A DNA stretch of 63,692 bases, counting the filler, from Lenisia limosa (lineage: Eukaryota; Protista; Breviatea), in NCBI GenBank assembly GCA_001655205.1. It is 9 parts of 9 records of this genome, joined end to end, with 100 filler letters (N's around TTAATTAATTAA, not from the genome) between each part and the next. Parts side by side here need not be neighbours in the genome. Positions count along the whole stretch, not along the records: positions 24,880 to 48,937 come from LPNZ01008740.1; 8 more parts are not named here. The stretch is one strand, 5' to 3'. The translations under genes and the position numbers were made by a program. Each line of letters starts with the position of its first letter. Positions within the stretch are counted from its first letter, which is position 1. Below, one piece after another: positions 24,890 to 37,400 of the stretch. The notes beneath the pieces are model-generated. The model made no database searches, had not been told where the DNA came from, and worked only from the letters and a program-made list of their open reading frames with translations.

Positions 24890-26574
24890 CCAGAATACAT
24901 CACAATTTAGTAAGCTTTCTTCTGAACGGGACTTCCTTGAGAACAAACGTGACTGGCCTACCTTTTCTGACTGAAGCTGTTTGACTGTTTCCTCCATTGT
25001 GTGTGAAGCCTTTTTCAACGCCTATGATATTAGGACTATCATACTGTGCTTAAGTAAAATGTGTGTCTGGCATAATATTATTTCATAAGCCTTTCATTGC
25101 TTTAGATTATAAAATAACAATTTATTAGGGAATATGACATGATTAACTGAATTAGGAAGCAAGTACATTTCCTGACTCCAAAAAAAATCAAAATCAAAAT
25201 GTCGACATACCAATAAACGGATACTTTTCAGCTGGAACAGCTCCTGGGTATGGGCTTCTTTGATTTTAATTTGTCTGAAACGTTATTTTGTCAAGAGAAA
25301 TTCATTAAAACTCGAATCATCACATACATAGTACAAATATTAGAAACAACTCAAATAAATTGCTTTCCAAGAGGTCCATTCAAATACAAATGAAATACAA
25401 GGCTATATAATACATATGTTTGGGGTTAAATAGGTGAGAATTTATATTGTCTTCAATATTCCGTTAAAATGACATGGTTAGGAGTGTTTTGGCTTGAATA
25501 TTATCTTTTAAAATTCTCAACTCTTCACAATCCTGATCTGATCAACATAGCACCCCCCCCCCCATACTCGTACTGAGCCTCCGNNNNNNNNNNNNNNNNN
25601 NNNNNNNNNNNNNNNNNNNNNNNNNNNNNNNNNNNNNNNNNNNACTTCACTTGCAGGCTCTCAAACTCAGCCTGGAATAGTTAGGGTCGAGACAAGAAGA
25701 TGGATTTGTTATACATCCAAAACAGTTCTAAACCATCTTGCCTATCAGACCAATTATACACTGAGGATTAACGCTAACTGAATTTAAATACGATATTGAG
25801 AGCAATATCCAAAGAGTCAATGTCAAAACAGCTGTATATTAATGAATACACACTAACAGTAGTGCTTGATGCTACAGAACCACAAAAAGCTATTGCTATA
25901 TTCCAATTACGATGGAGTAGCCCATATTTTCTCTATTTTTCTTGACAATTCTCCGAAGTCAACAAATTTAACAATTCTTCTCTCCTTCATAACTGCTCTA
26001 TCACCCCAATCCATCTGTTTTATTGAAATAATGGCAATAATCCGTTAACCGTTGGCATGCTAGTTACACCCAACACTCTGAGAAATCCCCCCCCCCCCCC
26101 NNNNNNNNNNNNNNNNNNNNNNNNNNNNNNNNNNNNNNNNNNNNNNNNNNNNNNNNNNNNNNNNNNNNNNNNNNGCCATTTTGAACAGCGTTTTGGGGGC
26201 AATGAACTCGTGCTTGACAGGCTGTACTGGGGTCTGCCGAAACCGTTACCAACGTGAACATCATGGAAGAAAAAAGTAACGGACAGAATGTTAGTAATGA
26301 CTCACCAGAGAGGCAAAGGGCTTTCGTTGTGACACGGGAGTTGCAAAAATGGATGTTCTGTGCGGGGTTTTCATTGGGGAAGAGAGAGGGTTCTGGTTGA
26401 TGTTGAGATTTTCATTTGATTTCGGGATGGGGGTTGAGGAATACGGCTTGAGTGAGGCAGAGAGGCGAACTGGGGACTGTAATGGAGCATCAACATGGCC
26501 CTAGAAAGTAGTTAGAACGATTCAGAAGAGATGGGGGTCCAGACAGAAACTGGCAGTTGAGAATATGCTTGCAT
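24890..26574 (-). CDS. Protein with a Ser/Pro/Thr-rich N-terminus and a coiled-coil C-terminus
   Basis: Exons MQAYSQLP | GHVDAPLQSPVRLSASLKPYSSTPIPK...RKPFASL | TPVQPVKHEFIAPKTLFKM ... AEFESLQ ... EAQYE | ELFQLKSIRLL | ALKKASHTMEETVKQLQSEK, interrupted by two gaps. Only a weak resemblance to TACC-type coiled coils. Confidence 0.6.
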
Positions 26575-27465
26575 AATGGCGACTCTTCGGAATTTCTCTT
26601 ATAAGTTTCTACAGCTAATAGTCTCGTAATCTATTCTGCGCTTAAAACGTGTATAGGCTCTACCAGTGGTCTTCAAGGACTATTCTTGAAGTGTTCATCC
26701 TGTCTAATATTCATCAATACACTATTCTCTACTCATTTATCGTATCCAAGTTGGTCTTTGTTTATTTTGTTTATTTTTTAATTTTTTTTTTAAAACACTT
26801 TAAAAACATATAAATACCCGCGGTCATAGTATATAAGAGAATCATTTATTCCCAAAAAGCGTCTTTTTTCGTTGATAACAGTATGTGTTGGGCTACTAAG
26901 TGTGATAAGTGCTCTAAAATGACCTGGGGTGGTTGTGGCGCCCACATCGATCAAGTTCTCGCCCCTGTAAGCCTCTATCTATGACATACGTAGTTTTCTT
27001 CCGTATAAAAATGTAAGGGTGTCTCCATGTCCCAGTTAGCACACTTTTTTTCACATGTGTAGTACAGCGACGCTGACAAGTGCAAGTGCCCTCGCCAAGC
27101 GCCTGTTAGGTGAGTTATTAGGATTTGAATCGGTTTCCGCAAACCAGACAAGTCAGTCTTCCCGCCTTCGCTCGTGCTTCGTTTTGGGTATTGATCTCTA
27201 ATTCTTACAGACGGGGTTGGGGCTTCTAATTGCGACACCCAATCGCTCGAGATGGTTGCATAGTTTCTTTTCCCCCTTTGTTTTCCCCTTCTTTCTGATG
27301 TGATGCACGTATTTATTACTTCGCTTTATTCATTGAGTGATAATACGCTTGATTAAGCGTATTCTCCTCTGATAACCAGACGAGTAACAGTTGCCTTTTT
27401 TTTGCTCAATATCGAATTACATTCGGACTCAATAGCAGCAATACCGAGACACACGAAGAAAGAAC

Positions 27466-30400
27466 CTAGTTGTTGGCAAGGATGGCGAGGTAGGCCTCGA
27501 TCCAGCCCTCAGGGAAGACATTGCCGGCCTCGAAGGTCTTCTGGTGCTCCTTAAGGCACACGGCGACATCACGATGGCAGTGGGGGACGTTGCTGCCCTC
27601 CTGCAATTGTCAACAGTCAGTCAACACGCTTAAAACATTCTTATACTTGAACTTGACATTTCCCCTTTTAAAAATTCTCTTGAGGGAAATGTCAAGTACA
27701 AGTATGAGAAGCCAAATTCTCTCATGTAAGAGAAAAAGAAAACCCTCCAGAAGATCCAATCACCCTCACCTTGGAGCCGGAAGAGGTCTTGGCAAGAACC
27801 TCATCAATGTTCTTCAGGCCAGCACCGAGAACCATGGTTTGGGCAATACCGGCAAGGAGAAGATGGGGGTGGGCTGAGCCGTCGCCAAGACGGAACTCAA
27901 CGGTAGCCGGTCCGACAGGCTGAATCGTAAAATAGGGCTAAAGGTTGGCTTAACTGTGAAAAAAAAAAAATTAATAATAATAAAAGGGGGAGTCTCTCTT
28001 TTATCAAATGTCTGTGTATTCTTATTATCAAAAAGGGGGTGAAGGCTCTCTCAATTGGTTAGAGCGTCCAAATCAAACAATCAAAGAGGAAAAGACAAAC
28101 CTTGTCGTCAGCGCTGAAAGGCTGGATGGGAAGGCGGACGAGGGCATGACGGTCGAACCATCCCCAAGAGACAGAGGTGGGGGCTTCCTTGCCCTGGGTG
28201 AGGCGGACGAAGGAGTCGTCAACACTACAGGGGTGAGCAGAGAGTGAAACATCGTTNNNNNNNNNNNNNNNNNNNNNNNNNNNNNNNNNNNNNNNNNNNN
28301 NNNNNNNNNNNNNNNNNNNNNNNNNNNNNNNNNNNNNNNNNNNNNNNNNNNNNNNNNNNNNNNNNNNTAAACCATGAGGAAGATAAAAGAAAGAAGATTT
28401 CATCAAAGAGAAGACGAAAACGGAATCCTCCGTACCGGTTACCGAAGGCCATGAGGGCGCCACCGGCAAGGACAAGGCCGGCAATGAGCCACTTAGCCTC
28501 TTTGGAGACCTTCATGGGGTCACCTGGGGGGGGGGCAGCAGTGAGAAATACCATAATAATTATTAACGATACGCAAGCACCACATACCCATTCAAATAAG
28601 CACTCCTCCTCCTCCTTATTTTAGATCACAATAACTATTCTGGTGAGTACACCCTTCCCCCACCGTTGGCGTCCTCGGTGAGGTTACCGATGTGCTTGCC
28701 GTTGACGACGGGGGACATGTGGAAATGCATGCCTGAGCCGGCGTGGTGGAGCTGAGGAGTTAATGTGTGGAATATAAATACGATGGATCTGGCCGAAGCC
28801 GTCCACACTTATCCATAGGAACTAGACAACCGGTTGTAAATAGAGATGATAAATATTGATGTGAAATGCTCATACCAAGATGGTAAAATAGCTTGATCAA
28901 TCTCCATCAAATATACCCAACACTCTTGTTGCCACCCAATTTCATCACCCCCCCCCCCAACCTTGACCATGGGGGCGAAGGTCACATGCATGTTGTTGTT
29001 GTAGGCGAGACGGCGGAGGACCCACTAATGAGTCAATAAATGCCGAACATTGAGATGGTATCTTTGAATTGTGATATATTAAAGATGAAAGCAACTCAAA
29101 AAGGAAAGCACTAGTGGGGGGGGGGGGGGNNNNNNNNNNNNNNNNNNNNNNNNNNNNNNNNNNNNNNNNNNNNNNNNNNNNNNNNNNNNNNNNNNNNNNN
29201 NNNNNNNNNNNNNNNNNNNNNNNNNNGGCAAGATTTAGCATTATCGGCTGACCTCGGAGAGGATGACGGCATCGGCAGCCTTGCGGAGGGGGGCAAGGGC
29301 AAGCTCAATCTCGTGCTGCTCCCAGGCGATACCTTTAGAACGTTAAAAGGATGAAGAACAAAAACTAAAATCGAACAACACACTCCACTTGAAACGAAAA
29401 CAACTTAAAGCCCCCACTCCAAAACACACCCTCACACACATTTAAACAACACACACCCCCTCTCTCTCTCACCGTCCTCGGCGGCGGCGATGTGGCCAAC
29501 TTCACCGTGGCAGTACTTGATAGGGACACCCATTTGGCGAAGAATGTCACAGGCCTCACGGCGGATCTAAATGATCAGAATTGTAGTCCGATGGATGCTG
29601 TCTTTATGCGGATACCAAAAAGCGGCGATGAGTTACGGTATTCAAGGAATAGACCCCACATGCACAACCGTTGATCCGAAGCTTACAAAAACTTCCAAAC
29701 CTCAGGCAAAGAAACAGCGGAAACCGACCCCCCCCNNNNNNNNNNNNNNNNNNNNNNNNNNNNNNNNNNNNNNNNNNNNNNNNNNNNNNNNNNNNNNNNN
29801 NNNNNNNNNNAGCGTCGGCGTAAGTGTCGCATTCTCCGGGTCTCTTTCCAAGCTAAGGATATGAGGCAACAGTTAAAAACAATGAAAACTTCGGATAGTT
29901 ACTTTGCAAGAAGAAAATAAATTGTTTTTATGATCACAGGACAGAATCTGCTTTTCCATTCTCATAATCAATAAATGATATGCCCCCCCCCCTCCCAGCC
30001 CTCTTACGAAGTACTCGACCTCACCAAGAGCGTGGAGCTCAACNNNNNNNNNNNNNNNNNNNNNNNNNNNNNNNNNNNNNNNNNNNNNNNNNNNNNNNNN
30101 NNNNNNNNNNNNNNNNNNNNNNGGTGCACGAGGACATTGTCTGGAATGTTCTGTACCATTCCATGAAAACGGAGACTAAAAGACGCTAGTCATGAAAAAA
30201 CAAAGAATATCGAGTCACATACCTCGCGAAGGTGCTCAATAGCCTTGACAAGGATGCTGTCAGGAGACTGGGGAAGAGGTTTACCCTCACGGCTAGATTG
30301 GTAAGAAAAGATCTTACGAGAAAAAAGGGAAGGAACTCTCGGTTTTCATGCTCTGCCTTTCCCCCCTACTTGAGATGCTCGCAGAGGATACAGAGTCCGG

Positions 30401-30952
30401 GAACCTTGCCGAAGGGGTCGACAAAGGCAGAGTCAAGACGGGGACGAAGGATCATGTCAGACTTCTTACCCATTCCAGTGTTCTTGAAGAGAGAAGAACC
30501 ATCAGCACGCTCACCACCGAGAAGGACGGCCTAAAAGATATATTAAAGAGATCTGTCGTTAGTTGGTTTTACCTTGCAGTGGTCACGGCTACGGACGAAG
30601 AAGTCGAGAGTTTTCATCCATCCATCGTTACCAATGTGCATGAGAGAGATAACACGGAGCTAAACAGATGTTATTCTAGAAGCTTTGAGATTCAACTCAC
30701 CTCAGACTTGAAGAAGAAGTCAACAAGATCGTCAGCAGACCAGTCACAAGACTTCTTGTTCAGAGAGGTCTCAATAGTGCCCTGAGGTAGGTTCTCAACC
30801 TAAATCGTCATCGCTTTGTCTTTCACTAAAATCTAGAATTCCCTCAAGACTATTAATAGATAGTTTCTGCTCTGTTTCCAGGTTAAATACATACTCTCTC
30901 AATAAACCCAGCAAACCTCCATAGCGACAGAACGGATTCCTTCTTGAGCCAT
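27466..30952 (-). CDS. glnA: Glutamine synthetase, type I (Bacteroidetes GlnA-like subtype), ~15 exons
   Basis: ATG at 30952 (MAQEGIRSVAME|VENLPQG..), stop at 27466-27468. The spliced product carries the GS catalytic motifs in order: GERADGSSLF..SDMILRP..AFVDPF, GEVEYF, IKYCHGEVG, WEQHEIE, VTFAPMVKLHHAGSGMHFHM, AFGNR..SFVRLTQGKEAPTSVSWG..RHALVRLP, VEFRLGDGSAHPHLLLAG. Two exon ends lie in gaps. Confidence 0.92.
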
Positions 30953-31336
30953 TGTTCTTGATAAGATTATAACCTTAAAGTTGTTTCAAGCAATATAAAT
31001 TTTCTAGAATTTTTTTATAAATATATCAACGGGTGTACCACATGTTATACTCTGGAGCTCCCTGTTCTCTGTTCACTCTTTATTTTATGCTAATTCAGTG
31101 CTAATTTGCTAATTTACATAAAAAAATCACAATATGAATAATTGTACATAGAGTTTAATATATACCTTTTTTGTAATCTCGGTACGCAAAACTTCCGTAT
31201 TAGGAAAGTTTGATACGTTCCTCTAATAAAAATCGAAAATTATGTCTAATTACAACGTCACACATTCACAAATAAAGAGAAGAAGTAGAGTACAGTCCAT
31301 CTGAATTTCTGACTTTGATATCTATGTAACATCGAC

Positions 31337-33857
31337 ATGATCGCAAACCTCCCGCCACCAATCCTCACCCCCGCCTCTCCAATAGTTGACCCCTGGGACG
31401 ACCCCCATTCGCCGCTGTTAGCTTCGCCTGTCGTTCGAACACGAAGTGCCCCAATCCCTCGGTTCACGCATCTCGGGAGACGCTTTGCTGAAAGGGTGTG
31501 AGGGCGGTTGTACTTTCGGTTCGATTGCTTGATCATTGAGACGTATTTTGATAGTTCACCGATTTTTTGTCCTCATTATGACAGAGGAGGGCACAACTGC
31601 TCTTTGGAGGGACCCCTTTGTCAGAAAGGCCGCAGCGTCGTGTTCATGGTTTGTGAGGATGTATAAATGGGAGGATGGTGACCAACTTTTGTACTGATGC
31701 ATGGGTGTATTAGGGTGTCTTTGAGATGGGCATAATGGGGTATTGGTGTATTATGGTGGTGTATTTGTGTTAGGCGGTGTATTATGCGACTAATTTCCAA
31801 TAAGAAAATCGTGTAAAATTTCACAATAGTCAGGCGAAATTCATAATGTGTCTGATAGTTTGGAAAATAGGAAGGACTCAAATCAATTAAAAGTATCATA
31901 TTCTGATGTTAGTCTCCAATTTACAATTTTCATTTCTTGAATAACTAGTAACACGAACTCGCGTTTCCGAAATTGTTATTCTAATTTGGTCAATAGATTT
32001 CTGTTTAACTTACCATATCTTGTTTCTTTTCACTTTCTAGGTGACCACAGAGAAGAACAAGCTCCGCATGATGATGTATGCCAAAGCCTTTACTTAACTG
32101 CGTCGATATTTCAATGATTTAATAGAAATACTTTGATCGATAAACATGAGATGATATATACTTTATGCAGATGAATGTACATATCATATGATGATAGTAG
32201 TAATTAGTATCTAATTGTATAGCAGCCATACATTGCATGTGATCAATAGCGTTTAAATGTAAACCAATAACATACTCAACTAAATGAATTGTCTTGCATT
32301 CAAAAACCCAACTCCCTTAATCTTAACAGGGTATGCATCCGAACATCGAAGACGGCCACGATTCAAAGAAACATGACGCAAATGATGCACCAAAGGCGGT
32401 GTCGCGTGGGTTGGATGTGATTTTGAACATAAAAGTAACATATTAGTGCTTATCTTTGGTTCCAATAGAAATAACAAATGTCAATATTCAACGTAGAGTT
32501 TCAGAGTTCTGAAACTAATATAAAGCTCGGAAAATAGCAGAAAAGCTTCTACCCTATGTCCAACGATTATGGGCTCATCAATTACAAGTTAACCCCTCCG
32601 AATCTAACGTATTCGTTGGAGCCCATCACATGAGACTGATACAGTTCATATTACATATACATACAGACACTGGCCGAGATAGTACTAACTCGATTTTCTC
32701 AAGATTAATGCACAATACCTGTGTCAGGACGTATCGTGTTCAGTGTAGGATTTCAAAATCAATAAGGTGTTCCTTCTGTCTAATATAATTGATTCATCTA
32801 TATAGGAGGATCACTGAAGGAGGAACAAGAAACAAACGATGACGATAAAAATGAGGATGAAGATGACGAGTGCATCATTTGTAGATGGTAGGCGCTCTCA
32901 TCATTCAAGATTGTTTATTTTTCCTAAAGTATTTCCTTCTCAATACTTGATTATAATCCCTGAACATTGTTTTTCTCTTCAATTATATCCTAGGTCTCAA
33001 TACTTTCCAACAGAGTGAATCTGTAATTTAAATATAGTGTAGAACTTTGAATTCGGAATTGACTCCAGTCTTATATCGTATTTCTGGAAATGGTACATAA
33101 ATTTCCAACATTTGCTGTAGCGTATACCAAATCACCTAATGATTTGAATATTGACCGATGTTTACCGAATTACATGCTGGAATTTTAATTCTATGACGAA
33201 TGATGTAGAATATTTAATAACTTTCCGTAGTGGCAATGAAGAAGGCCGTTTGATTCGTCCGTGTAAGTGTAAGGGAAGTGTTGCCTATGTCCATCCCGAT
33301 TGTTTGCAGCAATGGACCCAACAAAGCGGGGCTGAGGTACATTGAAATTCTTGCCAAGAGGCACGTTTGAGTTCTATAGCATATCATCAATTTTTTACAC
33401 CAAAAAACCGGTATAATATCGAACTCTATCAGGACTTATCGAGGGTGTCAGTCATTTTGGAATCATAGGGAAGCCCTGTAATTATACATGGAGATGAGAA
33501 ATAAAATAAGTTCTGTAATTAATTATACTTCAGAAATGCACGACTTGTCAAGCCAGGTATCGGGTGCGGCATGAAAGCAATTGGTCCTTAACGTGTAAGT
33601 TTGTGTCTGTAGTTAATAAGTAAAAAGAAAAAAGTGGTATGTTTCTGAAACAAGACAAAAAAAGATAAATTTTTACAACTACAGACCCCCTTTTAAGACA
33701 AGCCGATTTTTTTTATCGATAAATCCTCGACAGTTTTGTATTACTGCGCGTAAATGAAAGACTATTGTGAAATGTTTTAACCTCATCAGGGTACTACATG
33801 TGCGTTGTTATAACAATGTTGACAAAGGTGGCAACTCATACCGCTCCCCGAATCCTT
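31337..33857 (+). CDS. RING-CH (RINGv, MARCH-type) E3 ubiquitin ligase, N-terminal part
   Basis: Exons 32806-32887, 33231-33336 and 33534-33594 splice to ECIICRCGNEEGRLIRPCKCKGSVAYVHPDCLQQWTQQSGAEKCTTCQARY, a C4HC3 RINGv pattern. The hydrophobic WYYMCVVITMLTKV follows. Upstream exons start at ATG 31337 and are less certain. Confidence 0.85.
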
Positions 33858-34410
33858 GTTAGTGAGATATAAATGAGTAATACCAAAGGGAGAAATCTAA
33901 ATTGATGAATCTTACAATGAAACATATAATATAGCTAAATGATATATATTTGAGTATGATCTCATATAACGAATTCCGTCCATGAGTGTTGTGTGTATGA
34001 TATTTTCATTTTACCGACTAGATTTCGTGGATGCCCGTACCCCTTCATTTTATTATTATTTCGCTACCTCTCTTAGGATCTCTTGGAATGTAAGCGTCAC
34101 GGATTACGCTGATATTTCATATTTTCTTCGTTTTGATTCAATAAACACTGGATTCGTGGTTTTCATTTCATTCAAAAAGCAACGACAATGTATACAATGT
34201 GACAAAAAATGGTTACTTTTGTATTTGAAAAACTTAGCAATTGAAATTAAAAATCAGTAACTAAGAATAAACTATGGTAGAAAAACCAGTGAATATGTGG
34301 TACCATCCTGTCCCATGTATTTTTCGCAATCCTGGATTTGAGAAAAAGTCCACTTGCATTCCAAAATTTTTATTGATTTGAGGAGTTTTCTTGATCAAGT
34401 AATGCCCCTA

Positions 34411-37400
34411 GTTGGTGGCCAGTGGAATTCCTAGCATCTATAGTGCTAACAGGGTTCATTGGTCATCTGGTGGCATGCACAATGATCACGAACCTTCAGG
34501 GCCTTCCATCAACACAGGTATTAGTTATGTTGTCCTCATGTAGATTTTTAGCTATTAAAATGAGTATTAGGTTATCAGGAAGATTATTTGTCGCGTCAAT
34601 CTTAGTATGTGACACATCTTTGGATATTGGTATATTCTATTCATTAACATATTATGTCCCTGATTTTTTCGGTCTCTTTCTGATCTATGTGAAGCTTTAC
34701 CCCCGTGTATTATACTGTTTTACTATTGACAGACTATGTTTCCGCCAGCACATCTATATCGGCAAAGAAATCCCTTAAAAGCAGTGGGTGTCTCTCATAC
34801 CACATCATCCGTTGATCATTTTCTCATAAAACATTCGGCAAATATTAAACAACTCAAAATTATTATTATCTTTATTATATGTTTAACCATTATATTGGTA
34901 TCGGTTTGGAGAAAAAACCAAAATTGCTGCCGTATATTGAATACATGTTCAACTCCTTAAAGGATCAACTCTTGTGACACCATGTCCAAAGTAACACATG
35001 CGATTACGTCTCCTTGTGACAATCATAGTTGAAACGATTACGGGAACATCTTCCAATTGTTCAAGATCATGGGGTATTCAAGGTGTTCTACTGTCCGGTG
35101 GTCCACACTATTGTGGTATGAAGATTGACATTCCATGGTGAATTGTAAGAATATTAATTCGTTATGCTCAATATTTTGATAATAAAGGCTTTACTTTTAA
35201 AAATTAGTCTTCATGTTTGATTTGATGTCACTTCTTGTTGAAACTACAAATGTCAAGAAGTATAAACCCATTTTATGAAATCGAAATTCAGCATCACAAT
35301 TACTTTCGATTCATCCCGCAGCAAGAGAGCCCTGAAGTGCTTCAGGACCTTTTCTCTGCCGCTGATTCAAAGTACACCCATTTAGTGGTCCATTTAACTG
35401 ATATTGTGAGGCAAGGGGCTAAACATTTGGGCTGTAAAAAAATTAAATTCCACGATAGCTGTCATTACCTCCTTATTTAGCGCGATGACAAAGCAACAGT
35501 CAAAAAGGAAGGTTTGAATATCCGTGCTTTGTAGTGATACACTTCTCCAAACTTGCCTTATTTAAACCGTTTAGAGGCTACTTTGGTTTTAGCGAATCTG
35601 ATAGCGGCCTCCCGTCCCTGTTTACTATCTGTTGTTCGAATGGTGTGTGGAGGACTTCCAAAGGGATTAAATATGTTGGTAAATCTTCAATTAATTATTG
35701 TTTAAGTTTCAAATATTCCGATATTAACCGTATCAACATCATACATACAACCCTTTGAATAGTATTTTAAACTCATGTCAAAATATGTGCTTCAGATTCA
35801 TCACTTACAATTTATACAAATCAACCATTCATTTTGATAACCCTATTTCTCAACATTTAGGAAACTCACGTTAAGCATGGAACCTTGACGGTAGATCACT
35901 CACATCAGTGGGTTGTAGTATACCTTATACTATCTAATAGACAGAAAATGAAACGATATTCTGGTGATTTTTGATAGGGAAGCGTAATAGCCTATTGCAT
36001 TCAATTATCCATATTGTCTAGTTCTGAATATATGGAAGTATCTATAATATTTGTAAGTAACCATTATGACTTCTTGCATTTCATTTCACAAGTAACTGGT
36101 ATTATAGATGATGCATATCCTGAAGTTTGATGCTATTATCGCCACTTCAACTCATAAGTAGTATTATATATCTGTATAATAGAAATTAATAGATATTTTT
36201 CTGTGAAGCCGTCCACAAATTTCATCTCAAACTTCAGAAAGCTAGCCCTGAAAATGTTCGACCTGCTGTATTCTGTGTACCCATCATGCCTCTTACTCCC
36301 TGTCAATTTGGGCGGTTTCAACCCTGGACGGTCAGCTCTCAAGTTGGGGTGGGGATTGCACTATATTAAATAATAAACCAAGGTTTCAAATGTGACAGTT
36401 GTCTTGGGCAGATTATTTATAAAATTAGGCCTTCCTTGGAGCGATTTACGTATTATATTCTATTTTGTATTGGTAATCTCCTGTGGTATGATTCACAATT
36501 GAGAATAGCGTGCTTCAGATATCCGAGACAGCTTTCTCATTTACATACAATAGATTAGTTTTTGCTTACAATTGTTTACATAGTAATTATAATTTGTTTT
36601 TATTTATAAAGGAGAGAAAATGGTGAGCCTTATATAATGTCTTCTATTTCCCTTTGGTATTTGGGAGACTTTTTCTGAGATGCTTTCGGCCCTGATAGAA
36701 TATAAAATCGATATTAATCTAATAGATTCACAGATGTCATTAGGAAGGGGGATTCTTGTGCTTAGTGGATAATTAGTATTTACTTGAACCACAAGGAGTG
36801 CACTGGCTTATGTGTTGACTGATTTAGAGTTCACAAACTAGTCGCTGCTTCAATTCGAGCAGGAAGATCTGTTGATGTACTTGGGGTTGACGTATCATCC
36901 TACTTCAACAAAATGAAAAATTTTGATAAATGTATGATTATGATCCAATACCTCTTATGCCAGATACATCCTTATTTTATATCTCTCATTGCTATAATAT
37001 ATAATCCAACAGAGATAACGAATATTCAGAATTACCAGAAGCAAACCGACGTAATGCATTACACTAACCAAGCAGCCTGCTTCTATTGAGCCGATGAATG
37101 CCATTCGCTGTCCCACTTCAAAGGAACTCATGAAACAATGGCTTCATAGGCGCATCCCCAATCGCAATCCCCCTGTACAAATCGGTGTGTTAGAAATACT
37201 ATTTGAGCAATGGTCACCGCAAATCTGATAAATCCGACATGTGTTTGTCTGTTTAACGGTGTTTTGTCTCTGTTATCCTATTTATGTGAGTACCTGTGAA
37301 ATACCATCTTGTCTGAGCTGTTTTAACAAAAGCAATAGCTTGTTGAAATACCAAATGTGATTTATCACAAATCATGGTGTTACAATCACAAATAATATTA

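Noticed and set aside
30232-30785. Plus-strand ORFs (100 and 145 aa), and similar ones at 27521-27877, 28008-28247 and 28244-28624
   Set aside because: These are antisense shadows of the codon-biased glutamine synthetase exons on the minus strand.
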